This document shows positions 55,022 through 64,000 of a DNA stretch of 64,000 nt, piece after piece (within the stretch, counting starts at the first letter, position 1; each line of letters starts with the position of its first letter). The DNA comes from Arenicellales bacterium (GTDB lineage Bacteria > Pseudomonadota > Gammaproteobacteria > Arenicellales > JAJDZL01). The position numbers and the translations under genes are program-made. The notes beneath the pieces were generated by a model, which saw only the letters and a list, made by a program, of their open reading frames with translations, was not told the origin of the DNA and searched no databases. The stretch spans positions 2,103,999 to 2,167,998 of the forward strand of contig OX638343.1 of assembly GCA_951813075.1 (NCBI GenBank), written 5' to 3'.

Positions 55022-56041
55022 TCAGAAGTCAACCTGCAGCCATATCGCTGTACTGGAACCATCGTCGCTATCCGGCTCACCATGTTCGAAATTCACCGTG
55101 GCACCGCCACCCAGACCTCTAGACAGTCCAAGCGTCCAAGGATTTTTCTTGCTGGAATCGGTGGTAGAATCAGCTGGGGTATCTGGATCGTTATCAGATG
55201 TATCAACAAATCCGTCGGCGTTCATTTTCTCGTTTCTCATCGTAAACACATAATTGACCCCAGTGTCTCCGACACCACCGTGCACTCCGGCGTAGGTGGT
55301 CTTCGTTTTCGACTTTACAACACAACCATCATCATAATCTATCGTAGTATCATCACAACCGGTGTCTTTCATCGAATCTTGGCTGTACCCGAGAAACACT
55401 GTCATGTCGCCAATACCGTAATTACCTGCGACGAAACTTGAAGATATTTTCGTCGCTCCAGTGGAACCGAATTCTTCATCCGCTGGTGGACCATCCGGGT
55501 GTTTTCGGTGTGCAATTGCGACCGAACCGGTTTCCATCAGACCACCGAGTGTCGCACCGAAGTTGAATGCGTCTACGGTCTTATCTTCGGATTGGTCCAT
55601 GATGGTATCCGCCTGCAGACTGACATTGCCGACAGAAACCGAATAGGACACTGCGTCCGCGAACCGATCACCTGTCTCTCCCGTTGATCCAAACCAGAGC
55701 GCCTGGTCGACGATCCCGCCAAAATGGTTGTAGGCGGCGCCCCAGACCTTGCCGACCGTGACGGTGCCGAAACCACCGGAAAGACCGACATAGGAAAGCC
55801 GTCCGTCCGGCTCACTGGCATCGGAGGAGTCGATACTTCGCTCGTATCGGTATACCGCCGTCAGGCCCTCGGATACCTCGCTCGAGCCCTGGATGCCCCA
55901 GCGGGAAGCGAAATCTGCCACGCCTGTATCATTACTATCATCTGACTCAATACCAGTTCGGATTGAACCGTACCATGACGTTTCTGCAACGACTACTGTG
56001 TGGGGTATCAGTAATACGCCCAGAAGTGATACTGCCAACAA
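55022..56041 (-). CDS. Gram-negative general porin (OmpC/OmpF superfamily)
   Basis: The mature N-terminus ETSWYGSIRTGIE, alternating beta-strand pattern and C-terminal ...WLQVDF (terminal Phe) all fit a porin. The ORF begins at a TTG immediately after ATG AAA TAA (56042-56050). Confidence 0.8.
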   Translation of the reverse strand: MLAVSLLGVLLIPHTVVVAETSWYGSIRTGIESDDSNDTGVADFASRWGIQGSSEVSEGLTAVYRYERSIDSSDASEPDGRLSYVGLSGGFGTVTVGKVWGAAYNHFGGIVDQALWFGSTGETGDRFADAVSYSVSVGNVSLQADTIMDQSEDKTVDAFNFGATLGGLMETGSVAIAHRKHPDGPPADEEFGSTGATKISSSFVAGNYGIGDMTVFLGYSQDSMKDTGCDDTTIDYDDGCVVKSKTKTTYAGVHGGVGDTGVNYVFTMRNEKMNADGFVDTSDNDPDTPADSTTDSSKKNPWTLGLSRGLGGGATVNFEHGEPDSDDGSSTAIWLQVDF

Positions 56042-56283
56042 TTATTTCATGATTTTCTTCTATTGATCAATCATCTAAAACAAATGTTTCTCCGCAGTTT
56101 CACCCAATTGGTGAATACAACACCGGAAAAGGCTGATGAAGATTGTAACAGAATTACCCAGCCCCACCAATAATCAGCTCACCTCCCATGCTGGAATTAC
56201 GTGTGTGGACGAGATAATGCGTCGGCTCGCGCTGTTGCTGTCTGGAGGATTTGCGTTATCGTCACACTGGATGGAATGAGGCG

Positions 56284-56530
56284 ATGAGTGTGCAGCTGGT
56301 CGAGGTGCGGCGTTTGCAGAAGATACCGGGGAACGGGCCGATAACAGCCAGTGCGCTGATGGCAGTGGCCAATCAGATGGCCGGACCAGCCGGGTGATAT
56401 TGGCCAAAGGGGTTTAATACGATCCGCGGAAAATCTCGCAGACAGGATTAACACAACGAGCAGTGTGGCTTCGCGCAACCCAGTGGTTGGCGCAGGCTAT
56501 AGAACTGTTTCAAGTAGGGGGGATTGCATT
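56284..56530 (+). pseudogene. IS110-family transposase C-terminal remnant
   Basis: My own translation gives MSVQLVEVRRLQKIPGNGPITASALMAVANQMAGPAG* (56284-56397), which resembles the Transposase_20 motif L..IPGiG.itA..l.A. A shifted frame reads ...PRKISQTGLTQRAVWLRATQWLAQA, compared with isKrGd.yLR.lL. G+C is locally elevated. Confidence 0.4.
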
Positions 56531-56852
56531 GGTGGGATTGTGAACTGATGACGAAAAGGGCAATGCCTGCACAGGAAGAATTTGAAATGTACTAGGGCTG
56601 CATGCAAGCCGCCATTTGGAAAAGGGCCCTGTGTGCGAAGATCATCATGGCTCGGAGATCAATAAAATTTTCCCCCATAGACGAAGCCGGATATAAGACC
56701 GCAAACCGTTTTAATCATTGTCGGGCAATTTCAAACTTGTAATCGGAGAGGATTCCATATAAGTTTGTAACATCGCTATCGCGAAGACGCCATCAACGAA
56801 GAAAAAAGCTACGATTTGTTTTAGAAAGTTTCTGGAAAAGTACCAAGACGAA

Positions 56853-57599
56853 TCAGAGGATCTGACTGAGGAATTCCTTGGTTCGGGGATCCTTCGCGTC
56901 CGAAAAGAATGTTGATGGTGGTCCGTACTCAACAATAATTCCGCGATCGGTAAAGTAGATACAGTCTGCAACTTCGCGGGCGAACCCCATCTCGTGAGTA
57001 ACCAATATGCATGTCATTCCATCCTCTGCCAGGTCTTTGATCGTGATTAGCACATCCTTGACGGTTTCCGGATCAAGCGCCGCTGTTACCTCATCAAACA
57101 ACATAACTCGTGGATTCATTGCCAGTGACCGGGCAATGGCGACTCTCTGTTGCTGTCCTCCCGACAGTTCACCCGGATAACTGTCTTCCTTGCCGGTAAG
57201 ATTGACCCGTGTCATTAGATTGATTGCCCGTTCTCTGACATCCTCGGGGTTCTGCTTGAGCACCTTCACCGGTGCCATCATGATATTCTGCAACGCAGTC
57301 CTGTGCGGAAACAGATTGTACTGCTGAAACACCATACCAACCTTCTTGCGCAGTTCAAGCTTGTTGAGTTTTGGGTCGTGCACTTCCTGTCCTTCAACCT
57401 TGATTGAACCGGAATTAATATCGTTCAACGCGTTGATGCAACGAATAAGTGTAGATTTTCCCGAACCGGACGGTCCGATTACGCAGACTACCTCACCTTT
57501 CATTACATCCATCGAAATCCCTTTCAGAACTTCAAGTGAGCCAAATGATTTGTGCAGATCCTTGATAGAAATGATGGGTTCGGTTTCTGTCCAGTTCAT
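56853..57599 (-). CDS. Polar amino acid ABC transporter ATP-binding protein (GlnQ/ArtP-like)
   Basis: Walker A GPSGSGKST, signature LSGGQQQRV, Walker B VMLFDEVTAALD. 248 aa. Confidence 0.92.
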   Translation of the reverse strand: MNWTETEPIISIKDLHKSFGSLEVLKGISMDVMKGEVVCVIGPSGSGKSTLIRCINALNDINSGSIKVEGQEVHDPKLNKLELRKKVGMVFQQYNLFPHRTALQNIMMAPVKVLKQNPEDVRERAINLMTRVNLTGKEDSYPGELSGGQQQRVAIARSLAMNPRVMLFDEVTAALDPETVKDVLITIKDLAEDGMTCILVTHEMGFAREVADCIYFTDRGIIVEYGPPSTFFSDAKDPRTKEFLSQIL

Positions 57600-57661
57600 G
57601 ATATTTATTTACAGTTCATGTTCGCTCGGCCACACTCCAAGTCGGAGTCGTTTTCGCTCTG

Positions 57662-58597
57662 TCAAAGTTTGACAGCATAACGTTTCTCAAGTTGAATCGT
57701 CAAACGGGCAATCGGATAACAGTATAAGAAGAATATCATCAGTGCGAAACTGTAGAACGGCACAAGCAATTCGGGATGATTGTTTTCTGACTCAATTGCC
57801 TGCCGGCTCAAGGTAATGAGTTCTTCTACGCCCAGTAGCGAACACAAAGGTGTGGCCATTGTCAAAATCGCATACCAATTCATCCACGGTGGGATCATTC
57901 GCTTGAAGCACTGCGGTAGAATGATTTGCCATAGCACCTGTCGGCGGCTGAAAGCCAAAGATTCGGCTGCCTCCCACTGACCCGTCGGTACCGACTGGAT
58001 TGCACCGCGAACCACTTCAGATATGTTCGCCATAATGGGCAATGACAACCCAAACACCGCTTTGGACCAGTCGGGAACAGATATGATCATGCTACCGATC
58101 GTAAACTCGAATGGCAGAGCCAGGAGTACGATGAAAAGAAGCACCAGCCAGGGAGAGTTGCGAAATAACTGAGTCGCAAATTTAGCCGCGACTTGTATGA
58201 TCCAGACCGGCGTAATCTGAGCCAACCCAAGCAGGACTCCAGCCATGGTACCGATCAGCATTGTCAAAACTGAGATCAGAATATTAAACAGAAAACCGCT
58301 CAGGAATAAAAATGGAAGCCACTTGAACAGCGCCTTGATGGCATCATCATAGCCATAACCTGCGGCTAACGCTGTTAGTGGCCAGATCAGGCACAATGCA
58401 AATGCAACAGGGACAATCCAAGGTGTGGCGCTGACCAGCCACGAACTGAACCCCACCAATCCATTTTCGTCAGTTCCACGATATCGGTAAGGCAAAAGCA
58501 CAGGCAAATCGGTGCTCGCCCGCGAATGAACCCCTGGAATCAGCCGCGAACCCATCAGGACGCTCCATACCCGGGAATCTGCATAGATTTTTCCCAT
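57662..58597 (-). CDS. Polar amino acid ABC permease (His/Glu/Gln/Arg family)
   Basis: Multi-TM protein with the EAA-type loop ...QWEAAESLAFSRRQVLWQIILPQ. The true start is probably internal to the 311-aa ORF. Confidence 0.85.
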   Translation of the reverse strand: MGKIYADSRVWSVLMGSRLIPGVHSRASTDLPVLLPYRYRGTDENGLVGFSSWLVSATPWIVPVAFALCLIWPLTALAAGYGYDDAIKALFKWLPFLFLSGFLFNILISVLTMLIGTMAGVLLGLAQITPVWIIQVAAKFATQLFRNSPWLVLLFIVLLALPFEFTIGSMIISVPDWSKAVFGLSLPIMANISEVVRGAIQSVPTGQWEAAESLAFSRRQVLWQIILPQCFKRMIPPWMNWYAILTMATPLCSLLGVEELITLSRQAIESENNHPELLVPFYSFALMIFFLYCYPIARLTIQLEKRYAVKL

Positions 58598-59376
58598 TTA
58601 TGCATACCGGCGACAAGAATTCCTACTAGTATTATGAAAACGAAAAATAAAACGGTCATCGTCGGATAAAGCGCGCTTGGATAGTCGTTCCAGATGCCCA
58701 CGCATTCGTAAAGCAGTTCGGGTACCGCAATTCCGATCGCCTGAGTGGTGGTTTTGATCAAATTGACCAAATTGTTGTTCAATGCTGGGAGTGAGACCCG
58801 AAACGCCAGTGGCATAACCAACTCGACATAGGACTGAAATCTGGAAAAACCCAATGAATCAGCCGCTTCCCGGGTGGACTCCGGAACGGCTTCAATTCCA
58901 GCTCTGAATATCTCGACGTTGAACGAACCGGCAAAAAACGACAGTGAAATGATGGCCCAACCGACATTTGAGATCAGCGGTACTTCGGTCCAGCCGTCCG
59001 GTCCGGTGATGGTTGGTGTGATCTGCCCGAGTGCGAAATAAAAGAACAGTAGTTGGACAAAAGGTGGTGTGTTGCGGAAGAACTGAATATATCCCTGCAC
59101 CAGTAATCTTACCCACCGTCTCGGCGAGCCTTGCAACCAGGCGCCAACAATTCCGATGACGACAGATAGCAGTACGCAGGCTATCGACAACAGGATCGTC
59201 ATTTTCAATCCGCCTACAAGTCGCCACCACTGAAACGAATCGTAGAAGAATATGAAATTCCAGCGAGGATAATCGTCCGCAAGTTGGAGAAAAAATGACG
59301 TGATCGTCTCGATCATACAGACGGCTTGTCGATTCTGTTTGTGCCGACGGATACCGGCGATGAAGCTACGCTCCAC
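58555..59376 (-). CDS. Polar amino acid ABC permease
   Basis: Multi-TM protein with the EAA-type loop ...STREAADSLGFSRFQSYVELVMP. Confidence 0.85.
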   Translation of the reverse strand: MERSFIAGIRRHKQNRQAVCMIETITSFFLQLADDYPRWNFIFFYDSFQWWRLVGGLKMTILLSIACVLLSVVIGIVGAWLQGSPRRWVRLLVQGYIQFFRNTPPFVQLLFFYFALGQITPTITGPDGWTEVPLISNVGWAIISLSFFAGSFNVEIFRAGIEAVPESTREAADSLGFSRFQSYVELVMPLAFRVSLPALNNNLVNLIKTTTQAIGIAVPELLYECVGIWNDYPSALYPTMTVLFFVFIILVGILVAGMHKWEKSMQIPGYGAS

Positions 59377-59399
59377 CGCCGGCAGATATGACCTTTAAA

Positions 59400-60236
59400 C
59401 TAGTTGCTCAACCAGTCTTTGTAATTTTCGTGATAGTTCGCCAGAAATGCGGTGGGTTTGATACCCCACTTTTTCTCCCATTCGATCAACTGACCACTCT
59501 GGTGCCAATTGAAGACCATACCAGACATGAAGCGCCCGAATATACAGTCATTCTCGGCAAGTGGTACCGCCAATCCCCATGGATTGTCATCTTCGGACAT
59601 GAGCGGCATTTCGAACTCATCGTAATCCCCTGATGCCAGATCGGAACCGATAGAAGAATCGTCATATACCCAAGCTACACACTTTTTATCGCGCAAAGCC
59701 TGTTTGGCCTCGGCATTGCCTGTGAATGCGACGATATTCACACCGTACCGTTCAGTGACAATTTTGTTATAGAAAGCACCTTGTTTTCCGCACACCGATC
59801 TACCACGCAATTCCTCCCACTCTTTGAATGCAAGCGCTTTGGGTGACATGATATTGGTGCCCGATGTATAGTAATTCGGCTGTGGAATTCCAACAATTTT
59901 GCGCCGGTCGTCGCGGTCTGACATTGTTGCAATGAACATATCAGTTTTCCCCTGCTCAAGAAATTGCATGCGGTTGGACGACTGAACCGGAACCAATTCC
60001 ACTTCTACGCCCAAGGTAGCGCCCACGTCCATCGCCATGTCAATTTCCATGCCTACCAGACTGCCATCGGAATCACGGAAGCCCCAAGGCTTGTAGTCTG
60101 CTTTGACACCAATCACAACCTTCCCGCGACTCATGACTTTGTTCCACACGTCATTCGTACACTCGGCGATTGCTGTGCCGACAAATCCAAATGTCAATGC
60201 GATCAGTGTCGTTAGCGCAATAGATTTATTTTTCAT
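59400..60236 (-). CDS. Polar amino acid ABC substrate-binding protein (family 3)
   Basis: It has a signal peptide, then VVIGVKADYKPWGFRD..., and is 278 aa. First gene of a 4-gene operon. Confidence 0.88.
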   Translation of the reverse strand: MKNKSIALTTLIALTFGFVGTAIAECTNDVWNKVMSRGKVVIGVKADYKPWGFRDSDGSLVGMEIDMAMDVGATLGVEVELVPVQSSNRMQFLEQGKTDMFIATMSDRDDRRKIVGIPQPNYYTSGTNIMSPKALAFKEWEELRGRSVCGKQGAFYNKIVTERYGVNIVAFTGNAEAKQALRDKKCVAWVYDDSSIGSDLASGDYDEFEMPLMSEDDNPWGLAVPLAENDCIFGRFMSGMVFNWHQSGQLIEWEKKWGIKPTAFLANYHENYKDWLSN

Positions 60237-60501
60237 GGTTTTCTCCTAAATTAAACTCAGTGACATATTCTGAAGCGAGTGCTTCCTCGTCTTGCAGTTA
60301 GATCGTTTGATTCAAGCCAGATCCAGTGAACTACCCGAACACAATCAACTTGACAGCACTATGGCTGATATGTACTACATGGATAAGTATAACACTCGCA
60401 TTTTCAATTTCAGTAGGGTTTGCCTGAGCGTGCGCCGTCAATGAGCAGAACCTGATTGAGGGGTTTATACTATTGGTACGATCGTTAACTTTCCTGCCCG
60501 G

Positions 60502-61893
60502 TTGACTGTGGACTACATCAGCACACGAGGGGACGCTCCCGTTATTGACTTCGAACACGCCGCGACCTGTGGTCTTGCCACGGACGGCGGTTTATACGTT
60601 CCGGCATCGTGGCCGAAGTTCAGTCATGATGAAATAGCTTCGCTGAAGGGGTCGTCGTACACAAAAGTTGCTGAGAAAGTGATTGCTCGTTTTGTGGGTG
60701 ACTCCATTTCATCCGAAGAACTGAAGCAACTGATCGAATTCGCATATGCTGATTTTGATGATCCTCAGATAGCGCCTGTACGCGAGCTTCGGGAGGGTTT
60801 GTATCTGCTGGAATTGTTCCATGGTCCAACCCTTTCATTCAAGGACTATGCATTACAGTTTCTTGGGCGATTCATGGACTGGAGCCTTCAAAGAAACAAC
60901 CATCGTCTCACAGTGGTCGGAGCAACGTCGGGCGATACCGGATCCGCAGCGATCAGTGCTATTGGTGGGTCTTCGGCGATCGAACTGTATATGCTACACC
61001 CGTTTCAAAGGGTGTCAGACATGCAGCGACGCCAAATGACGACCAATCAGGATCAAAACATACATAACTACGCGGTGGACGGCACCTTTGATGACTGTCA
61101 GGCCATGGTCAAGGACATTTTCAACGATACAGAGGTCCGCGCCCGCAGGTCACTCGGTGCAGTGAATTCAATCAATTGGGGAAGAATTGCCGCTCAGGTC
61201 GTGTATTACTTCTACGCAGCTGTCCAGTTGGGATCGCCCGAAACGGCGGTTTCATTTGCTGTACCCACTGGAAACTTCGGCAATGTATTTGCAGGGTATA
61301 CAGCAAATCGTATGGGATTACCGATCGAGAGGATCGTGGTGTGTTCCAACGAGAACGATATCCTGACTAGATTCTTTGAAACCGGGGTGATGAAAAAGCA
61401 AGGTGTGAGACAAACCGTGACACCGAGTATGGATATTGAGGTGTCCAGCAATTTTGAGAGAATTTTGTTTGATTTGCTTGAACGCGACGGTCAGCAGGTG
61501 ACAAAACTGATGCGCAAATTGAGAGAAAATGGACAGTTTGAGGTTGGCCCGGACACATTGCAACGAGCACGCGGGCAATTTGATGCAGTTCGTGTAGACC
61601 AGCAGGAGACTTGTGAGGTCATTGCCCATTTGTATTCGGAAACTGGCACGATAATCGACCCGCACAGCGCTGTGGCACTTTCGGCGGCCGATCATTTTGA
61701 TGCCGTTTCCAGCAGTCCGTTGGTGGTGATTTCGACTGCGCATCCCGCGAAATTTCCAGAAACGATCAAGCGATCAGTCGGTACTGACGTACTGATTCCA
61801 TCACAATTGGCGAGACTGCTAGACATGCCGGAGCGGTATAGGCGAATTTCCAACAATACGAACGAACTTAAAAAACTAATGTTTGCAGCTTGA
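60502..61893 (+). CDS. thrC: Threonine synthase
   Basis: YISTRG N-terminus, PLP-lysine motif HGPTLSFKDYAL, and GATSGDTGSAA. About 460 aa. Confidence 0.93.
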   Translation: MTVDYISTRGDAPVIDFEHAATCGLATDGGLYVPASWPKFSHDEIASLKGSSYTKVAEKVIARFVGDSISSEELKQLIEFAYADFDDPQIAPVRELREGLYLLELFHGPTLSFKDYALQFLGRFMDWSLQRNNHRLTVVGATSGDTGSAAISAIGGSSAIELYMLHPFQRVSDMQRRQMTTNQDQNIHNYAVDGTFDDCQAMVKDIFNDTEVRARRSLGAVNSINWGRIAAQVVYYFYAAVQLGSPETAVSFAVPTGNFGNVFAGYTANRMGLPIERIVVCSNENDILTRFFETGVMKKQGVRQTVTPSMDIEVSSNFERILFDLLERDGQQVTKLMRKLRENGQFEVGPDTLQRARGQFDAVRVDQQETCEVIAHLYSETGTIIDPHSAVALSAADHFDAVSSSPLVVISTAHPAKFPETIKRSVGTDVLIPSQLARLLDMPERYRRISNNTNELKKLMFAA

Positions 61894-61896
61894 GAA

Positions 61897-62787
61897 TTGT
61901 ACCAGAAGACAAACTTTGCCAAATCGGGCGCTTCAGCCTTATCAAGAACAATCGTCGCTCATATTACTCTCGTGTTGGTGATTGTTTTCTGTCCAGCGAG
62001 CGCAGAAACAAGATCTGATACGTCGAGCGGAGCTTCGCTAGATGGAAGTTTTACCCAAGGCGGACTGGTAATCGGCAAAACCGAGGTTGGTGCAAAAGTT
62101 TTGTTTGACGGGAATTCGATCCAGATCTCGGAGCAGGGTGATTTCTTGATCGGGTTTGGTCGCGACGCTAAACTCAAGTGGCCACTGGTCATTGAGTATT
62201 CCGATGGTCAATTGTTCGAGAGTGAAATTAAGATTTCAAAGCGCGACTACAAAATTCAGCGAATTGATGGTCTTCCGCCGCGTATGGTCACACCATCGGA
62301 AGAAGATCTCAGGAGAATTCGAGAGGAGGCCGCACTTATAAAGGAAGCGCGAAAGATCGATGATGAAAGAACGGATTTTCTCGAATCGTTCGACTGGCCA
62401 GTCCATGGCATTATCACTGGCGTCTACGGCAGCCAGCGAATATTGAATGGTGAACCGCGAAGACCTCACTATGGCATTGATATTGCCGCGCCAACCGACA
62501 CACCGGTGCGCGCGCCAGCTTCCGGTGTAGTGACGGTCGTACACCCTGACATGTACTTTTCAGGTGGCACAGTGCTCATCGATCACGGGCATGGTTTGTC
62601 ATCGGCTTTCCTGCATCTTGAGAATATCTTGGTCGAAGAAGGGGAGTATGTGCACAAAGGACAAGTGTTCGCGACCGTTGGCTCCTCGGGAAGGAGCACC
62701 GGACCCCACCTGGATTGGCGAATCAACCTGTTCTCAAGTCGGCTTGACGTTCAGTTACTCGTTGGCGAGATGCCCGCGGTTGAATGA
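61897..62787 (+). CDS. M23-family (LytM-type) metallopeptidase
   Basis: Zn-binding motifs HYGIDIAAP (HxxxD) and GPHLDWRI (HxD/H), with an N-terminal signal anchor. Confidence 0.85.
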   Translation: MYQKTNFAKSGASALSRTIVAHITLVLVIVFCPASAETRSDTSSGASLDGSFTQGGLVIGKTEVGAKVLFDGNSIQISEQGDFLIGFGRDAKLKWPLVIEYSDGQLFESEIKISKRDYKIQRIDGLPPRMVTPSEEDLRRIREEAALIKEARKIDDERTDFLESFDWPVHGIITGVYGSQRILNGEPRRPHYGIDIAAPTDTPVRAPASGVVTVVHPDMYFSGGTVLIDHGHGLSSAFLHLENILVEEGEYVHKGQVFATVGSSGRSTGPHLDWRINLFSSRLDVQLLVGEMPAVE

Positions 62788-62811
62788 GTTCCCTGATTCG
62801 AGGGTGATGTA

Positions 62812-63363
62812 ATGAAACTTATTTTGCAATATCGCGGCATTGTCATTGGCATCGTTGCGATGGGTGCGATCATCACCATTTCCAACGTGCTGGTCCAATA
62901 CCCCATCAATGACTGGCTGACTTGGGGACATTTCAGTTTTCCGATCACATTTCTGATTGCCGATTTGCTGAATCGCCGACTTGGGCCCTCACAGGCTCGT
63001 ACTGTCGCTTATGCCGGATTCATCGTCGCTGTGATACTGTCATTCTGGCTGGCAACACCGCGCATCGCGCTGGCATCCGGACTTGCTTTCATTTCAGGTC
63101 AGTTGACGGACATCGCTGTCTTCCACCGTCTGAGAAAACTTCAATGGTGGCGAGCGCCACTTGTTTCCTCAAGCGTAGCTTCGACTGTAGACACGATCAT
63201 TTTCTACTCGATCGCGTTCGCGGGCACCGGTCTGCCGTGGATAACGTGGGCGATTGGCGATTACGCGGTCAAACTGCTGACAGCGGTGTTCCTTCTGCTC
63301 CCGTTCTTTGTTATCACAAACAGGATCTGGTCCGATCGGGACATGCCAGCAGGCAGAACGTGA
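62812..63363 (+). CDS. yhhQ: Queuosine-precursor transporter (VUT/YhhQ family)
   Basis: 183 aa with about 6 TM helices. ...ISNVLVQYPI...FPITFLIADLLN... resembles YhhQ, from memory. Confidence 0.65.
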   Translation: MKLILQYRGIVIGIVAMGAIITISNVLVQYPINDWLTWGHFSFPITFLIADLLNRRLGPSQARTVAYAGFIVAVILSFWLATPRIALASGLAFISGQLTDIAVFHRLRKLQWWRAPLVSSSVASTVDTIIFYSIAFAGTGLPWITWAIGDYAVKLLTAVFLLLPFFVITNRIWSDRDMPAGRT

Positions 63364-63414
63364 TCGGCTGGTTTTGCTGGTTTCGGGGTGTAAACTGACT
63401 TGGCTGATTCCGGA

Positions 63415-64000
63415 TCATTCTCCGGTTGCGACACAGATTCTGCAGCGATATCCCGGTGGCTGTTGCTGTAGTATTTGCTTAGCGTGTTTTTCGACTTTTA
63501 CTTCCATATAAATCGCTCCTCCGGACCCGGTCATTCTAGCCTCTCCGTATTGGTTAAGCCATTCCAACGCGAGCCTGACTTCGGGATATAGTCGGCAAGC
63601 AGTCGGTTCAAGATCGTTGCAAACAGCACCATCGTAGAAATCCTGCAATGAAATTCTATCGCGGTAAGGCGATAGATCGCATTCCTGAAACACTCGTCTG
63701 GTTGAGACCTCGACTGACGGCACTGCTACCAGATAGCGACGCTCTGACAAAGATATCTGTGACAATATCTCCCCCGTACCCTCCGCCCATGCGTTTTTTC
63801 CATAGACAAAGACTGGAATGTCAGCACCGACTGCAGCACCAATTTCTGCGAGTTCATCATAAGACAGCCCAAGATTCCACAGTTCATTCAATGCAATCAG
63901 AGTCGTCGCGGCATCCGAGCTGCCGCCACCCAGTCCGCTTCCAACCGGAATGTTTTTTTTCAATCGGATGCTTACTCCTTCAGTACCCGGAATCAAATCT
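63415..64000 (-). CDS. ispE: 4-diphosphocytidyl-2-C-methyl-D-erythritol kinase, C-terminal ~195 codons (runs off the right edge)
   Basis: GHMP-kinase motif IPVGSGLGGGSSDAATTLIALN and C-terminal ARMTGSGGAIY. Confidence 0.9.
   Translation of the reverse strand, partial: DLIPGTEGVSIRLKKNIPVGSGLGGGSSDAATTLIALNELWNLGLSYDELAEIGAAVGADIPVFVYGKNAWAEGTGEILSQISLSERRYLVAVPSVEVSTRRVFQECDLSPYRDRISLQDFYDGAVCNDLEPTACRLYPEVRLALEWLNQYGEARMTGSGGAIYMEVKVEKHAKQILQQQPPGYRCRICVATGE

Overview
This is an origin-proximal chromosome segment of a Gammaproteobacteria-type genome. Hand counts on 60-nt lines give 25/60 G+C at 18721-18780 and 32/60 at 45541-45600. The backbone order is dnaN<-dnaA | adhC-fghA and a secreted ankyrin-repeat protein | rpmH-rnpA-yidD-yidC-mnmE | a two-gene insert | mnmG (with an internal parS)-rsmG-parA-parB-bamC-like. 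Housekeeping genes follow (yggS, rmuC, vsr, tyrS, thrC, ispE), interleaved with many solute-uptake systems: four ABC importers, one FtsX-type ABC system, ProVWX, and a binding-protein gene coupled to a BCCT carrier. Three things stand out. (1) At 10690-14421, between mnmE and mnmG, sits a MotA/ExbB-like channel gene plus a MotB/ExbD-like gene. The B subunit carries about 780 residues of coiled coil, including 126-bp tandem modules, and ends in a non-OmpA globular domain. This is my best candidate for an undescribed ion-driven machine. (2) At 38377-44766 lies a high-GC island (40/60 G+C at 40621-40680) bounded by a 992-bp IS1595-family element and a 477-bp internal-deletion derivative of it. 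The island holds a decayed fragment of an integrative-conjugative-element transfer operon. (3) At 5413-6492 a signal-peptide-bearing protein made of 34-aa ankyrin-like repeats sits between dnaA and rpmH. All family assignments come from reading motifs by eye. No database search was run.
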